This document shows, one piece after another, positions 20,566 through 31,100 of a DNA stretch of 64,000 bases. A program made the position numbers and the translations under genes. The notes under the pieces are model-generated. The model had not been told where the DNA came from and did no database searches. It saw only the letters and a program-made list of their open reading frames with translations. The DNA is from a virus. The first letter of the stretch is position 1; the number at the start of each line of letters is the position of its first letter. The stretch covers positions 32,001-96,000 of IMG/VR virus record IMGVR_UViG_3300034122_002202. One strand, written 5' to 3'.

Positions 20566-21518
20566 GTATAAAATTTCATGGCGTAACAAATTATGGTGAT
20601 GCCTTAACTTCAGACCTATTAGAAACATCTGTCCATATGTTTATGCAGAATGGATTTTTATCTGCTGGTGCTTTTACAAATATTTATGTTCCAACAGGAG
20701 TTTACCCGACAGGAGTTGGCTCACATTCTTTACCATCTTATAAGATGAGACTTTCTAGAGATCCTAGATATGCAAATGGTTCTGTTTGGGAAGGTGCTAG
20801 ATCAGATTGGGTGTGGGAGTCTGGAGTTGAATATACCCATCAGCCTATAAGCATTAGTGGTATATATGTAAACACATCTTTTATACCTAAAAATACATCT
20901 GGACCTTCTGGATATAAGATAAATTATCCCGAAGGAAAAATTATTTTTAATTCCCCAATAGCTACAACTAGTACAGTTAAATGCGAACATTCTTATAGAA
21001 ATGTAAAGATTGTATCTGCTGATATACCTTGGTTTCAAACTATACAATACGACAGCTTTAGAGTTGATGATGTTCAATTTTCGTCTAAAGGGTCTGGTGC
21101 TTGGGATGTCCTTTCCCTAAATAGAATACAGCTTCCTGCCATAGTTTTAGAAACATTGCCATCCGTGAGCATGACACCTTATGAGCTAGGAGCTATTAAT
21201 AGGGTTCATAAACAAGATATATTAATGCATGTTTTTGCAGAAACACCTTGGGATAGAAGGCAAGTTCATGATGTTATTATTAATCAATGGGAAAAAAGAT
21301 TTTGGGGTATAGATAAGACAAAACTTTTAGCCGATCAAAAATACCCGCTTACATATGATGGGCAAATAGCTCCATCTGGATTAAATTATGGAGATATAAC
21401 AACTGATTATCAATGGAAGCTGATATCTTTTGATAAAATTAGATCTCAAGAGCAGTTTGCTGCCCCACCTATGTATAGATCTAGCATAAGAGTTACTTTC
21501 TCAATAGATTCTCTTTAA
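20562..21518 (+). CDS. Putative tail terminator/completion protein
   Basis: Immediately before the tail tube; QLPAIVLE...QDILMHVFAE..WDR pattern of terminator-like folds; ATGA overlap. Confidence 0.5.
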   Translation: MSIKFHGVTNYGDALTSDLLETSVHMFMQNGFLSAGAFTNIYVPTGVYPTGVGSHSLPSYKMRLSRDPRYANGSVWEGARSDWVWESGVEYTHQPISISGIYVNTSFIPKNTSGPSGYKINYPEGKIIFNSPIATTSTVKCEHSYRNVKIVSADIPWFQTIQYDSFRVDDVQFSSKGSGAWDVLSLNRIQLPAIVLETLPSVSMTPYELGAINRVHKQDILMHVFAETPWDRRQVHDVIINQWEKRFWGIDKTKLLADQKYPLTYDGQIAPSGLNYGDITTDYQWKLISFDKIRSQEQFAAPPMYRSSIRVTFSIDSL

Positions 21519-21521
21519 ATT

Positions 21522-21535
21522 GGTGTATTAATTAA
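21522..21535 (+). promoter_or_regulatory. Putative late-promoter motif GGTGTATTAATTAA
   Basis: Intergenic, upstream of the tail tube gene. Confidence 0.6.
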
Positions 21536-21581
21536 ATGAGGGTTGATTTTTGGACAGAATTTTATATGGGAGATTCATAAA

Positions 21582-22682
21582 ATGGCAAATCGAAGAATAT
21601 TTTACGCTTGTCAAGCAGTAGGTATCGCAGCAGATGGTAGCAGCACTTACCAAGAAGTTCGTGGTCTTCAATCTGTTGGTATTAATACCACTTTTAATCT
21701 TCAACAAGTTTTTGAAATCGGTATGATTTCAATCTATGAAAACATTGAAGGCGTTGCAGATGTAGAAGTTACACTTGAAAAAGTACTCGATGGTTTTCCA
21801 TTGTTGTACCATCTTGGAACTCAAGGTGCTTCTAGTTCTACTTTGGTTGGTCGATCTAATAAGAAAGCAATTCTTGCTCTTTCTATTACTGACGATACTC
21901 AAGAAGCTGCTTCTGGAGTTCCAAGTTCTACTTGTATTGTTTCTGGATGCTTTGTAAGTCAAGTTTCTTACAAAATTGGCATCGATGGAAATGCTACTGA
22001 ATCAGTAACTATGGTTGCAAACAATAAAGTTTGGAATACTGGTTCTACTGGCAAGTGGACACCAAACTTCCAACCAGTAGACAATAGTGGTAGCAATCCT
22101 ACTTGGGATGCTGATCCATATGATGAGGCGACTAATTTTAGTGCTCAACGATCTGCTTCTGGCATTGCCCAAAGACAGCATCTTAATATGAGCAAATCAC
22201 TTTTCCCAACTCAGATTCCTGGTATTGATGCTTCTGGTAAAAATACTCTTAATACTACTTTAAATTGCTTTAATACATCTTTCCAATCTGCTTCTGCTTC
22301 TGCGACTCTTGGTCGTGAACAGATTCTTGAATTGGGTCGAAAAGCACCTTACTTCCGATATACTAAATTCCCAGTAGAAGTTACTGCTGAATTTGAAGTA
22401 TTGGCAAAAGGTGGAGATGATATTGAAGTAACCGAAAGTGGTTCTGCTTTCAATAGTTACAATGGTAACAACTTGAAAGATCAGACAATTAAGTTAGTTC
22501 TTACTGAAGGTACTGTTATTGATCTTGGTACAAAAAACAAGATGCAATCTTGTAATTACCAAGGTGGTGGTGTTGACGGCAATAATGCAACTGTCACCTA
22601 CTCATTCCGAACCTTCAATGACTTTACTGTTAAGCATCCAGTAGATCCTACATCTGCTTTACGAAGCACTGCTGATCTATAA
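21582..22682 (+). CDS. Major tail tube protein (probable)
   Basis: Start MANRRIFY after GGAG; beta-rich (GLQSVGINTTFNLQQVFEIG...); own promoter motif and terminator; precedes chaperones and TMP. Confidence 0.7.
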   Translation: MANRRIFYACQAVGIAADGSSTYQEVRGLQSVGINTTFNLQQVFEIGMISIYENIEGVADVEVTLEKVLDGFPLLYHLGTQGASSSTLVGRSNKKAILALSITDDTQEAASGVPSSTCIVSGCFVSQVSYKIGIDGNATESVTMVANNKVWNTGSTGKWTPNFQPVDNSGSNPTWDADPYDEATNFSAQRSASGIAQRQHLNMSKSLFPTQIPGIDASGKNTLNTTLNCFNTSFQSASASATLGREQILELGRKAPYFRYTKFPVEVTAEFEVLAKGGDDIEVTESGSAFNSYNGNNLKDQTIKLVLTEGTVIDLGTKNKMQSCNYQGGGVDGNNATVTYSFRTFNDFTVKHPVDPTSALRSTADL

Positions 22683-22702
22683 TAGTTTGCAAACAAATAT
22701 GT

Positions 22703-22735
22703 GGGCAGCAGGGAAACCTGTTGCCCCTTATTTTT
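22703..22735 (+). terminator. Rho-independent terminator
   Basis: gggcagcagg-GAAA-cctgttgccc stem with GNRA loop, followed by cttattttt. Confidence 0.85.
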
Positions 22736-22746
22736 AGGAATATAGG

Positions 22747-23793
22747 ATGGATCAGTTTAAGAAGGAATTATATATTAGTAGAATTATTACTGGATTTTTT
22801 CGTTGTAAAATCAACGGAAAAGTCTATTTGCTTAAACAGCCAGATCGCCACACTCGCCACATCGCTCAAGAAATATTCATAGAATCATTTGAAGAAGCAG
22901 AATTAGAAGGTCTATACAATCAAGAAGAATTAGAATTCTTCATGTATAGCAATAATGTATGGGATGAAGAAAAAGAAAAACAAATCGTTCAAATGCCAAA
23001 AGATATTGAGGAATTAAAAGTAAGACTATTTGAAGCCACATTTAAAACAGAAGAACGAAAAATAATTAGAAAAATGTTAAAAATAGCAAAGCAATCATTC
23101 TCTGAACTATACAGAGAAAAAAATGCATATAATCATTTATCATGTGAGGGCATTTCCTCTATGAATAAAATGAGGTATTTAGTTGGTAAAGGGCTTTTAT
23201 TTGAAGATGGAACTAGAGTTTGGGAAGGCGATGATTTTTGGAAGCAGACAGAACCACTTTTAGAAGATGCCACTTCGGTATTTGTTGAAAATAAAATATC
23301 TGATTCTGAATTTAGAGAAATAGCAAGAACAGATCCTTGGCGATCTACATGGTCATGTAAAAAGTCTGAGGGGAGCTTATTTGGTGTTCCTGCTGTAGAT
23401 TTAACAGAAGAACAAAAAAGCGTTATCATTTGGTCATCACTCTATGATAATATATATGAGCATCCAGAATCACCATCAGAAGAAGTTTTAGAAGATGATG
23501 ATATGCTTGATGGATGGTTGATTTTGCAAAGAAGAAAAAGGGTTAAAAAAGGAGTAGAAACTGGAATAGATGGATTACTATCAAATGACAAAATAAGAAA
23601 CAGCAAAGAAATATTTATAATTGCAGAAAGCAAGGAAGATGCTAAGAAGATAGAATCTTTAAATGATATGAATGCAAGGATGATTAAGAAAGAAAGATCA
23701 CAAGCTCTAAAAAAACATGGCACTCTTGCAGAAGAAAATATGCCCGACTCCATAAGGGATATTCAAATGCAAATGAATGCTGGAGGTAAGTAA
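22747..23793 (+). CDS. Putative tail assembly chaperone
   Basis: Charged helical protein between tube and TMP; P..EVLEDDDMLDGW motif. Confidence 0.5.
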   Translation: MDQFKKELYISRIITGFFRCKINGKVYLLKQPDRHTRHIAQEIFIESFEEAELEGLYNQEELEFFMYSNNVWDEEKEKQIVQMPKDIEELKVRLFEATFKTEERKIIRKMLKIAKQSFSELYREKNAYNHLSCEGISSMNKMRYLVGKGLLFEDGTRVWEGDDFWKQTEPLLEDATSVFVENKISDSEFREIARTDPWRSTWSCKKSEGSLFGVPAVDLTEEQKSVIIWSSLYDNIYEHPESPSEEVLEDDDMLDGWLILQRRKRVKKGVETGIDGLLSNDKIRNSKEIFIIAESKEDAKKIESLNDMNARMIKKERSQALKKHGTLAEENMPDSIRDIQMQMNAGGK

Positions 23794-23794
23794 A

Positions 23795-24160
23795 ATGGAC
23801 ATATATTCACAAATGGAAGATGCTTCTAACTTTTCTAAAAAGGATGAAGAAAGAAACAGGAAAAAGTATGAGACTGAATCAAAAGCAAGATTGCAAAAAA
23901 TTATAACTACTAAGCTAAGAACATCATTTATTGGTGCTCTTTCTTCTTTTGAACAAAACTTCGGAGAGATTTGGGGATATGGAATAAGTGAAGCTGATTT
24001 AACTGACAAACAAAGAAAGTGGAGGGAACTATGGGATCTGTGTAGAACAAATGTTTTGAACAATGGTAATCATCAAATTAGATCTTGCGAAAATGAGATA
24101 ATGCAGTATATTGTTTATTGGAACAGACACCAGAATATTCTTAAGCAAAAGGAGGATTAG
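23795..24160 (+). CDS. Hypothetical protein (tail assembly region)
   Basis: GGAGG RBS before ATG 23795 (MDIYSQ...). Confidence 0.6.
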   Translation: MDIYSQMEDASNFSKKDEERNRKKYETESKARLQKIITTKLRTSFIGALSSFEQNFGEIWGYGISEADLTDKQRKWRELWDLCRTNVLNNGNHQIRSCENEIMQYIVYWNRHQNILKQKED

Positions 24161-24162
24161 TT

Positions 24163-25035
24163 ATGAGTGTCACAAATAAGAAGCAGTTTAAGGTAACTTT
24201 GGATAGCAAAGAAATCGAACTTTGTGTTGTTCGACCTAATGTTAAGCAAAGGCAAGAAGGGCAAAAGATTTACAATAAAGCATTTAGAGATGCTGTCGAA
24301 TCTGGAGCAATTCTTCGTGGTAAAGTCAATAATGTTATGCGAGAGCAGAATCTTTGGGATGATAACAAAGAAGCTGAATATCGCAAATTATTGGAAAAAA
24401 TTAATGGGGCAGAAAGAAAGATTAAGTCTGGCGGTATTAAACTCAATCAGGCTAAGGACTTAGCTCTTGAAATGAGGAAAGATCGTGCGGAACTTAGGGC
24501 TTTAACCTCTGAGCGATCATCTCTAGATAATAATACTGCTGAAGGTCAAGCAGATAATGCCCAATTCAATTACTGGGTTAGTTCGTGTACGGTGTATTCA
24601 GAGACAGGGAAAACATATTTTAGTAATTATGAAGATTACTTAAATAGAGATGACGATCCAGCAACTGGACAGGCAGCAGGAAGTCTTGCTATGTTGCTTT
24701 ATAATCTTGATCCAGATTATGAAAAGAAGCTCCCTGAGAACCAGTTTTTATCTAAATATAACTTTGTGGATGAAGAGTTGCATTTAGTTGATAAGACAGG
24801 CCGAAGGATTGATTCTGAGGGTAGGCTAGTCAATAAGGATGGTAGGTATATTAATGAGGCTGGTGAACTCATTGATATTAACGGCAATCGAGTTAACGAG
24901 GAAGGAGATTATGTTGTTGACTTCTCTCCATTCCTTGATGACGAAGGCAAGCCGATTCAAGAAAAAGTTGAAGCTGTTAAAACAACAGAAGCACCAGCAG
25001 TTGTTGTTGAACCAGCAAAGGTCGTTGAGAACTAA
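24163..25035 (+). CDS. Putative tail assembly chaperone
   Basis: GGAGG RBS; directly upstream of the TMP; repeated (D/N)xxGRx(I/V) beta-hairpin units near the C-terminus. Confidence 0.5.
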   Translation: MSVTNKKQFKVTLDSKEIELCVVRPNVKQRQEGQKIYNKAFRDAVESGAILRGKVNNVMREQNLWDDNKEAEYRKLLEKINGAERKIKSGGIKLNQAKDLALEMRKDRAELRALTSERSSLDNNTAEGQADNAQFNYWVSSCTVYSETGKTYFSNYEDYLNRDDDPATGQAAGSLAMLLYNLDPDYEKKLPENQFLSKYNFVDEELHLVDKTGRRIDSEGRLVNKDGRYINEAGELIDINGNRVNEEGDYVVDFSPFLDDEGKPIQEKVEAVKTTEAPAVVVEPAKVVEN

Positions 25036-25055
25036 ACGGACAGTATCGCATAGAT

Positions 25056-25105
25056 GGGCAGGGTTTAATCGTAGAAGTAACTACGCTTATGCTCTGCCCT
25101 TTTTT
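25056..25105 (+). terminator. Terminator/attenuator hairpin upstream of TMP
   Basis: gggcagggt...cgtag-aagtaa-ctacg...gctctgccc followed by tttttt. Confidence 0.7.
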
Positions 25106-25119
25106 ATTGAGGTATAAAA

Positions 25120-28100
25120 ATGGCTTTTAATTTAACTGCTCAATTGAATATTGCTCTCAATAGTGCTTCTTTGAGAAATGCTTCAAGTCAGATAAATTCA
25201 GCATTAAATACAAACACGCAAATAAAGCTTGGTATTGATAGAAATAGTTCTTCTGGATTGGGGCAAATAAAGTCTCAAATTTCTGAAGCTACTGATTCTA
25301 TGGAGAACTTTGGTAGACAAGCTGGCTTTGCTGCCAAAAGGTTTGCTGCATTTGCCGTTACTGCTGGCTCAATCATTGCTTTTACTAACACAATGAAAGA
25401 AGCCGTTTCTGCTGCCGTAGATTTTGATAGAGAAATGATTAGATTAAGACAAGTTTCTTCAGACACAGTACAAGATGTTGCTGCTGTAGGTGATCAAGTA
25501 ACAAATTTATCTAAAAATTTAGGTGTTTCTAGCAAGGATTTGATTGGCGTAGCAGTAGTTTTAAAACAAGCTAACTTAACTCTTTCTGAAACTAAAGATG
25601 CCTTAGAAGCAATGGCACAAGCTGCTTTAGCACCAAACTTTGATAACCTCAAAGATACGACTGAAGGTGCTATTGCTATTATGAAGCAGTTTAAGGTTGA
25701 GGCAAAAGACCTTGGTGCAGCTTTAGGTTCTGTTAATGCTGTAGCGGGTGAGTTTGCTGTTGAAGCATCAGACATTATTGAGGCGATTAGAAAGACAGGG
25801 GGTGCATTTAAAGCTGCTGGTGGTCAATTAAATGAACTTATAGCTTTATTTACATCAGTACGACAAACGACAAGAGAAAGTGCCGAAAGTATTGGTACTG
25901 GTTTGCGAACTATATTTACACGAATACAAAGAAATGATACGGCTAACGCCCTAAAAGAAGTTGGTATAAATCTTAGGTATACAGCAGAAGAGGCTAGAGC
26001 TTTAGGAGATGTTGGATTAGAACAGCAGTTTGTTGGTCCATATGAAGCAGTCAAAAGATTATCTGCTGGACTTTCTGAACTAAGGTCAACAGACCCCCGA
26101 TTTAGTGCCATTGTTGAGCAATTAGGTGGTTATAGGCAGATCAGTAAGGTTATCCCACTTATTCAAGAATTTGCTACTGCACAGAAGGCATTGGGTATAG
26201 CTCAAGCTGGTAGTGTGTCTTTAGCTGTTAATGCTGGTCAAGCACAGGATGCTCTTGCTGTAAAACTACAGAAGTTGAAGGAAAGCTTTTTTGAGGTTGG
26301 TAGAAGTATTGTTAATAGCCCCGGCTTTAGAAGTTTAGCTGATACATTCATTGGTGCTGCCACTTCTGTTTTGTCATTAATCAATTCACTTAAAGGTTTA
26401 CTCCCATTATTTACTGCCCTTGCTGCCGTAAAAATTGGTCAAGGACTTGGCTCTTTTGCCACAGGTTTTGTAAAAGGTGCTGGTGCAGATACTTCATCTA
26501 TTAAAAAGACAGGGTCAGCTAGAAAAGCAGATGGTGGTTTTCTTAGGATGCAAAAAGGTGGCATAGTTCCTGGAAGTGGAACTGGAGATAAAGTGCCAGC
26601 TTTGCTTGAGCCAGGTGAGTTGGTTGTGCCTAGAAATCAAGTTGTAAGACAAAAGTACAATCAAGAAAACATGCCAGGAAATGCTGGAGAAGTAAAAAGT
26701 GCAACAATAAAAGGAAGACAAAGATTAAAAAACAAAGAAGGGCAAAATTTATTTTCAACATTGGATTTGCCACAAAACACACGCAAGATTTCTGTATCTG
26801 AATGGTTGTCTAAAAAAATTCCTGGAAGTGAAAATATAGATGTTGATGATGAAAAACAAGTTTCAGAATATTTAGCTAAAAAGAAAAAAAATAAATCAAA
26901 TAAAGCTAAAAAAGAAACTCATTTTACTCATGGTGATTTAGGGTATACTTATGAAATTAAAGATGCAAGTGGACAAACGACACAAACAAAACATTATTCA
27001 AATATTGGTATAGATTTACCGAGCAATTGGAATTTAGATTGGAATAAACAACCAAACCATATTTTTGTTAAAGGAAAAACGCTTCAGAATTACATTCAAA
27101 AAAGAAATGTTTTTAAGACATTCCAAGGAAAAGGATCAACATCAAGTTTATATACAACAAAAGACTTAAAAGAATTTTTTAGTAAAAAAGAAAATATAAA
27201 AAATGCAAAGTCAATATTAATTAATTCAATAAATGCAGATCAAAAATATGATATTGATCCACAGGTTTCTAATTCTTTAGAACCAGCGTTTGCTAATATT
27301 AACAATTTAATCAATAAGTTTCATGACAAAGAAGAAGGCAATCAAAATTTTGGAATAACCGCATTTTCAAAAAATAAAAAAATAATAAGAGTACCAAAAA
27401 ATACTGGTGGATCGGTTAATAGACAGAGATTTATGGAAGGTGAAGAAGTAACTCATCGTAAAGCTTTTCTCGATAATTCATTTAATCCTGGCATGAAGTT
27501 AAAGTCTGCATTGCAGGACACCCCAAGAATTATATTCAAAAGACAACCAAAGGAATATGAAAAATTCCCAAACATGGATCACACATCCCCTCATTTTGAA
27601 CAATTTTCAGAAATGTTTGTTGGTTCCAGAAAAGCATCTCAGTTTAAAAGAGCCGTTGAATATCAAAGGTTGTACCAAGAAGCACTTAAAAATAATGATG
27701 TAGAATCAGCTAATAAATACGACAAACTTAATAAATTGCCAGCCAATATGAGATTGTTGGCAGCAGCAAAAGCATTGCCTTCAGCCCAAGAAAAAGCCAG
27801 AACAAATTCGTTTGAGGATGGAAATTTTGATTATGAGAAAAATCTATTAGTTAATTATAGTGGTAAAAAAACCACAACAAGACATGAATTAGGTGCTCAT
27901 GCTGCTGCTTATGGGGCTTCAAAAGAAGGTTCTCCTTTAGCAAATTCTCTTTTTGGATCTATTGGTAGGCGTATGGGGGCATATGGCAAAGGAAGCGGTG
28001 AAACGACTCTTATTTCTGAAATGCAAGCACATACTATTCAGTCTGCAAAACAAAAAGATAAAATTAACTCTTTGAAAGAGTTTATTTCTTCAGAGAAAAT

Positions 28101-31100
28101 GGCAAAACTTTATAAAAGTGAAGCTCATGGAACACTTGCTGATTCAATGCAAAAAGGTTCTGAGATACCAACAGCAGGAGTATTGGGTGGTAGACATAAA
28201 GATATAGAAATTGATGTTCTTAAAAGAATGATGCAAGATGCTTATGGAGATAATCCAGAAGTTCTAGCTGAAAAAATGTCTCTTTTAAATCCAAGTGATT
28301 CATCTAATAGGGTTAATTTTGGTGCTCTTTTTGCAGACTCAAAAGAAACTAAAAGATATGCTTTTGGTGGAAATGTAGGCAGACAAATGTTTGCTGATGG
28401 CGATAAGGCTACTGCAAAGCCACAAAGCTTTGAAGAATTTTCTAAAGGATTAAACCCAAAACAATTGGCAGATTTTAAAGAAAAAATAAAATCAGCTAAA
28501 CAAATAATAGTAAATGCAAGAACATCTGGATCAATGAAATTAAAGTCTGTTGGATTTAATTTTCTTGGTACAAAATTTAATATGATACCAAATAAAGATC
28601 TTGCAGACAAAGGAAGTGCAAAATCAAAAGATGGAAAACCAACATATGACTTAAAAGGAGTTAAATCTTTAGATGAGCTTCTTTCTAAAATACCACCAAA
28701 TTATTCAGAAGAACTAAGAGCAAAAATTGGTAGAGCACAAGATAAGTTTCTAGGAACAAAAAATATTAAAGACCTTAAGTTTGCTTATGATTTTGGCGAT
28801 AAGCGTGGCCCATTAAATATACAGCTAGAAAAAGATGTGATAAAATTTGGAAGTATTGCTTCATTTCCTTGGAAACCAAAAACAAGAAAAGAAAAACGCA
28901 CTGAAGAATTAAGAATAGCCACAGAAAGAAACGCTAGAAAAAAAGCTGAGAATATAGATAAATCAAGACAAAAATCAGAAACGGCATCAGGATTAAGTTC
29001 TTTAATTTCATCAATAGATGAAGAAAATCAACAAAATAAATTTTACGGAATCGCTAGAGATACAAAAGTATTTGAGGGTTCAGATCAATATAAAGAGTTA
29101 CAAAAAAAATTAGCTTTAGATAGACAGCGAAGAGAAGGAAGAGGACTGCCTAATTCAACAGAAAGCGTAGAGCCAGAAAATCTAATTGGAATAAATGAAA
29201 ACTATAAAGCAATTCAACCTATTAGTGGAACATCGCCACAAGCACAAAAATTAAGAATGCAAATGGAAGAAAGGGAATTTCAAGGCCCAATTATTGGAAT
29301 AGCAAAAAACCAAAAAACTAAAAAAGAACCAAGAGTTAAAAAAACAGAAAGTGAAAGATATAAATTAGCAAGAACACAATCTGCACCAAGACAAGAAAAA
29401 ACCTTATTTGATGAAAGCGAACTTTCTAAAATAGGTACATATCAAACACAAGAACAGAAGTTTAAAGACAATGCTGATAAGATAAAGAGATTTAGGGATG
29501 CAGCAAGTGAAAGTGCTAGAGTTAAATTTAACTTAAATCCAAGACAACAAAGAAGAGCAATAGCTAATGAAAATTTGGCAGATAACTTAATGAGTTTAAG
29601 GTCTAAGGGAACTGGAAAGCCAATCGTATCACAGGCACAAGCAGTAGCACCAGCACCAGCACCAGCATCAATTGCTGCACAAGCAACAAATAGAAATTCT
29701 GCTGTTGAAAGTGTAATTCTTAAGGCTTTAGCTGGTAAACAAAGTGAATTCTGGAAAACACTTAGGGAAAAAGTAGGTGATAACGAATCTATTAATAAAG
29801 CACTTGCAAGCTTACAAGATCAAGGAAAAGTAGTAGGAGATCCAAACAAAATTGGTTTCTACTTACTTGCAGAAAAAAATAAAGTAGCTAAAACTCGAAA
29901 AACAAAGCCAGTTGTTTCAGAGCCAATAACAACTACTTCAACTAGAGCACCATCACCACAAATTCCAGAAGATTCCTATAATCCCTATGGTAAACCAAAA
30001 AAACCAAGGGCGAAAAAAAATACTGCCAGTTCTGCACAACAAAGCAATTTTTATAATGCACAAGAATCTGAATATCAAAAACTATTAGATAGCATTAATG
30101 CTCAGTCCAGATCTAAAAAAGTAAGTCGTTTTGCATCTGGTGGATTAGTACCAGGAACTGGCAATTCTGACACTGTTCCTATGGATTTGCCCGAAGGCTC
30201 TTTTGTAATTAGAAAGTCTTCAGTTAATAAGATAGGGGCAGATAATTTAGCAAAAGCCTCAAGATTCGCCAATGGTGGTATTGTTCCTGCGTTACTAACT
30301 CCTGGTGAATATGTATATAGTCCAGAAGAAGCAAGTAAAATTGGATCTTCAAAATTACATGCAATGAATAAGTTTGCCAAATTTGCTAGGGGTGGACCTA
30401 TTGGTCTTGGAAGAAGCGGTAAGTTTGATCCAAATAATCCAGATGATATTAAAAAATTAAAAGAAACTCTTGAAGAACAATTAAGGTATGAAGACCCAAA
30501 CAAAGATGAAAATACTGTACAAATAGAAGTTAAACAAAATACAGATGAAATACAAAGAAGAGCACAGCAATATACATCAGATGAAAATGCAAGACAACAA
30601 GCAGAAACAACTGTTAATAGTAGAAATGCATTGGTTGCTAGACAAAGAGGAAGGGTTGGTGCTTCACAACAAAATGTTAATGCTGCAAGATCAAATGTTC
30701 AATCTGCTACTACAGCAAGAGACTCATATATTGATGAGGCAAACACACAAAGAGGATTAGTTGCATCTAATCGACAAGAAGCCACAAGACAGCAAGCAAG
30801 AATAACATCTTTAACTGCTAGGGGTGCATCAGCAACTGACCCTAGATTGATTGCTGCTAATGCTGCTTTGATAGCAGCTACTACTGCGGAAGCAACTGCT
30901 AGAAATTTACAAGCTAGAGCAACAAGGAACGCAATTTCTGCTAACAATCAAGTTGTTGCTAATACAAACACACTTAATGGATTATTAGTTACGCATGGAC
31001 AAGAAGTAAGGAATTTAACTAGAGCCGAAAATGCAGCAACAACCGCAGTACAAGGTCTTGAGGCAGCAACACTAAAGGCTGAAGGATCAGCACAACTATT

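Noticed and set aside
24839-25117. Programmed frameshift product of the tail chaperone (lambda G/GT style)
   Set aside because: The overlapping ORF is in the +1 frame, no clear XXXYYYZ slippery site was found, and it runs through the terminator hairpin. Not fully excluded.
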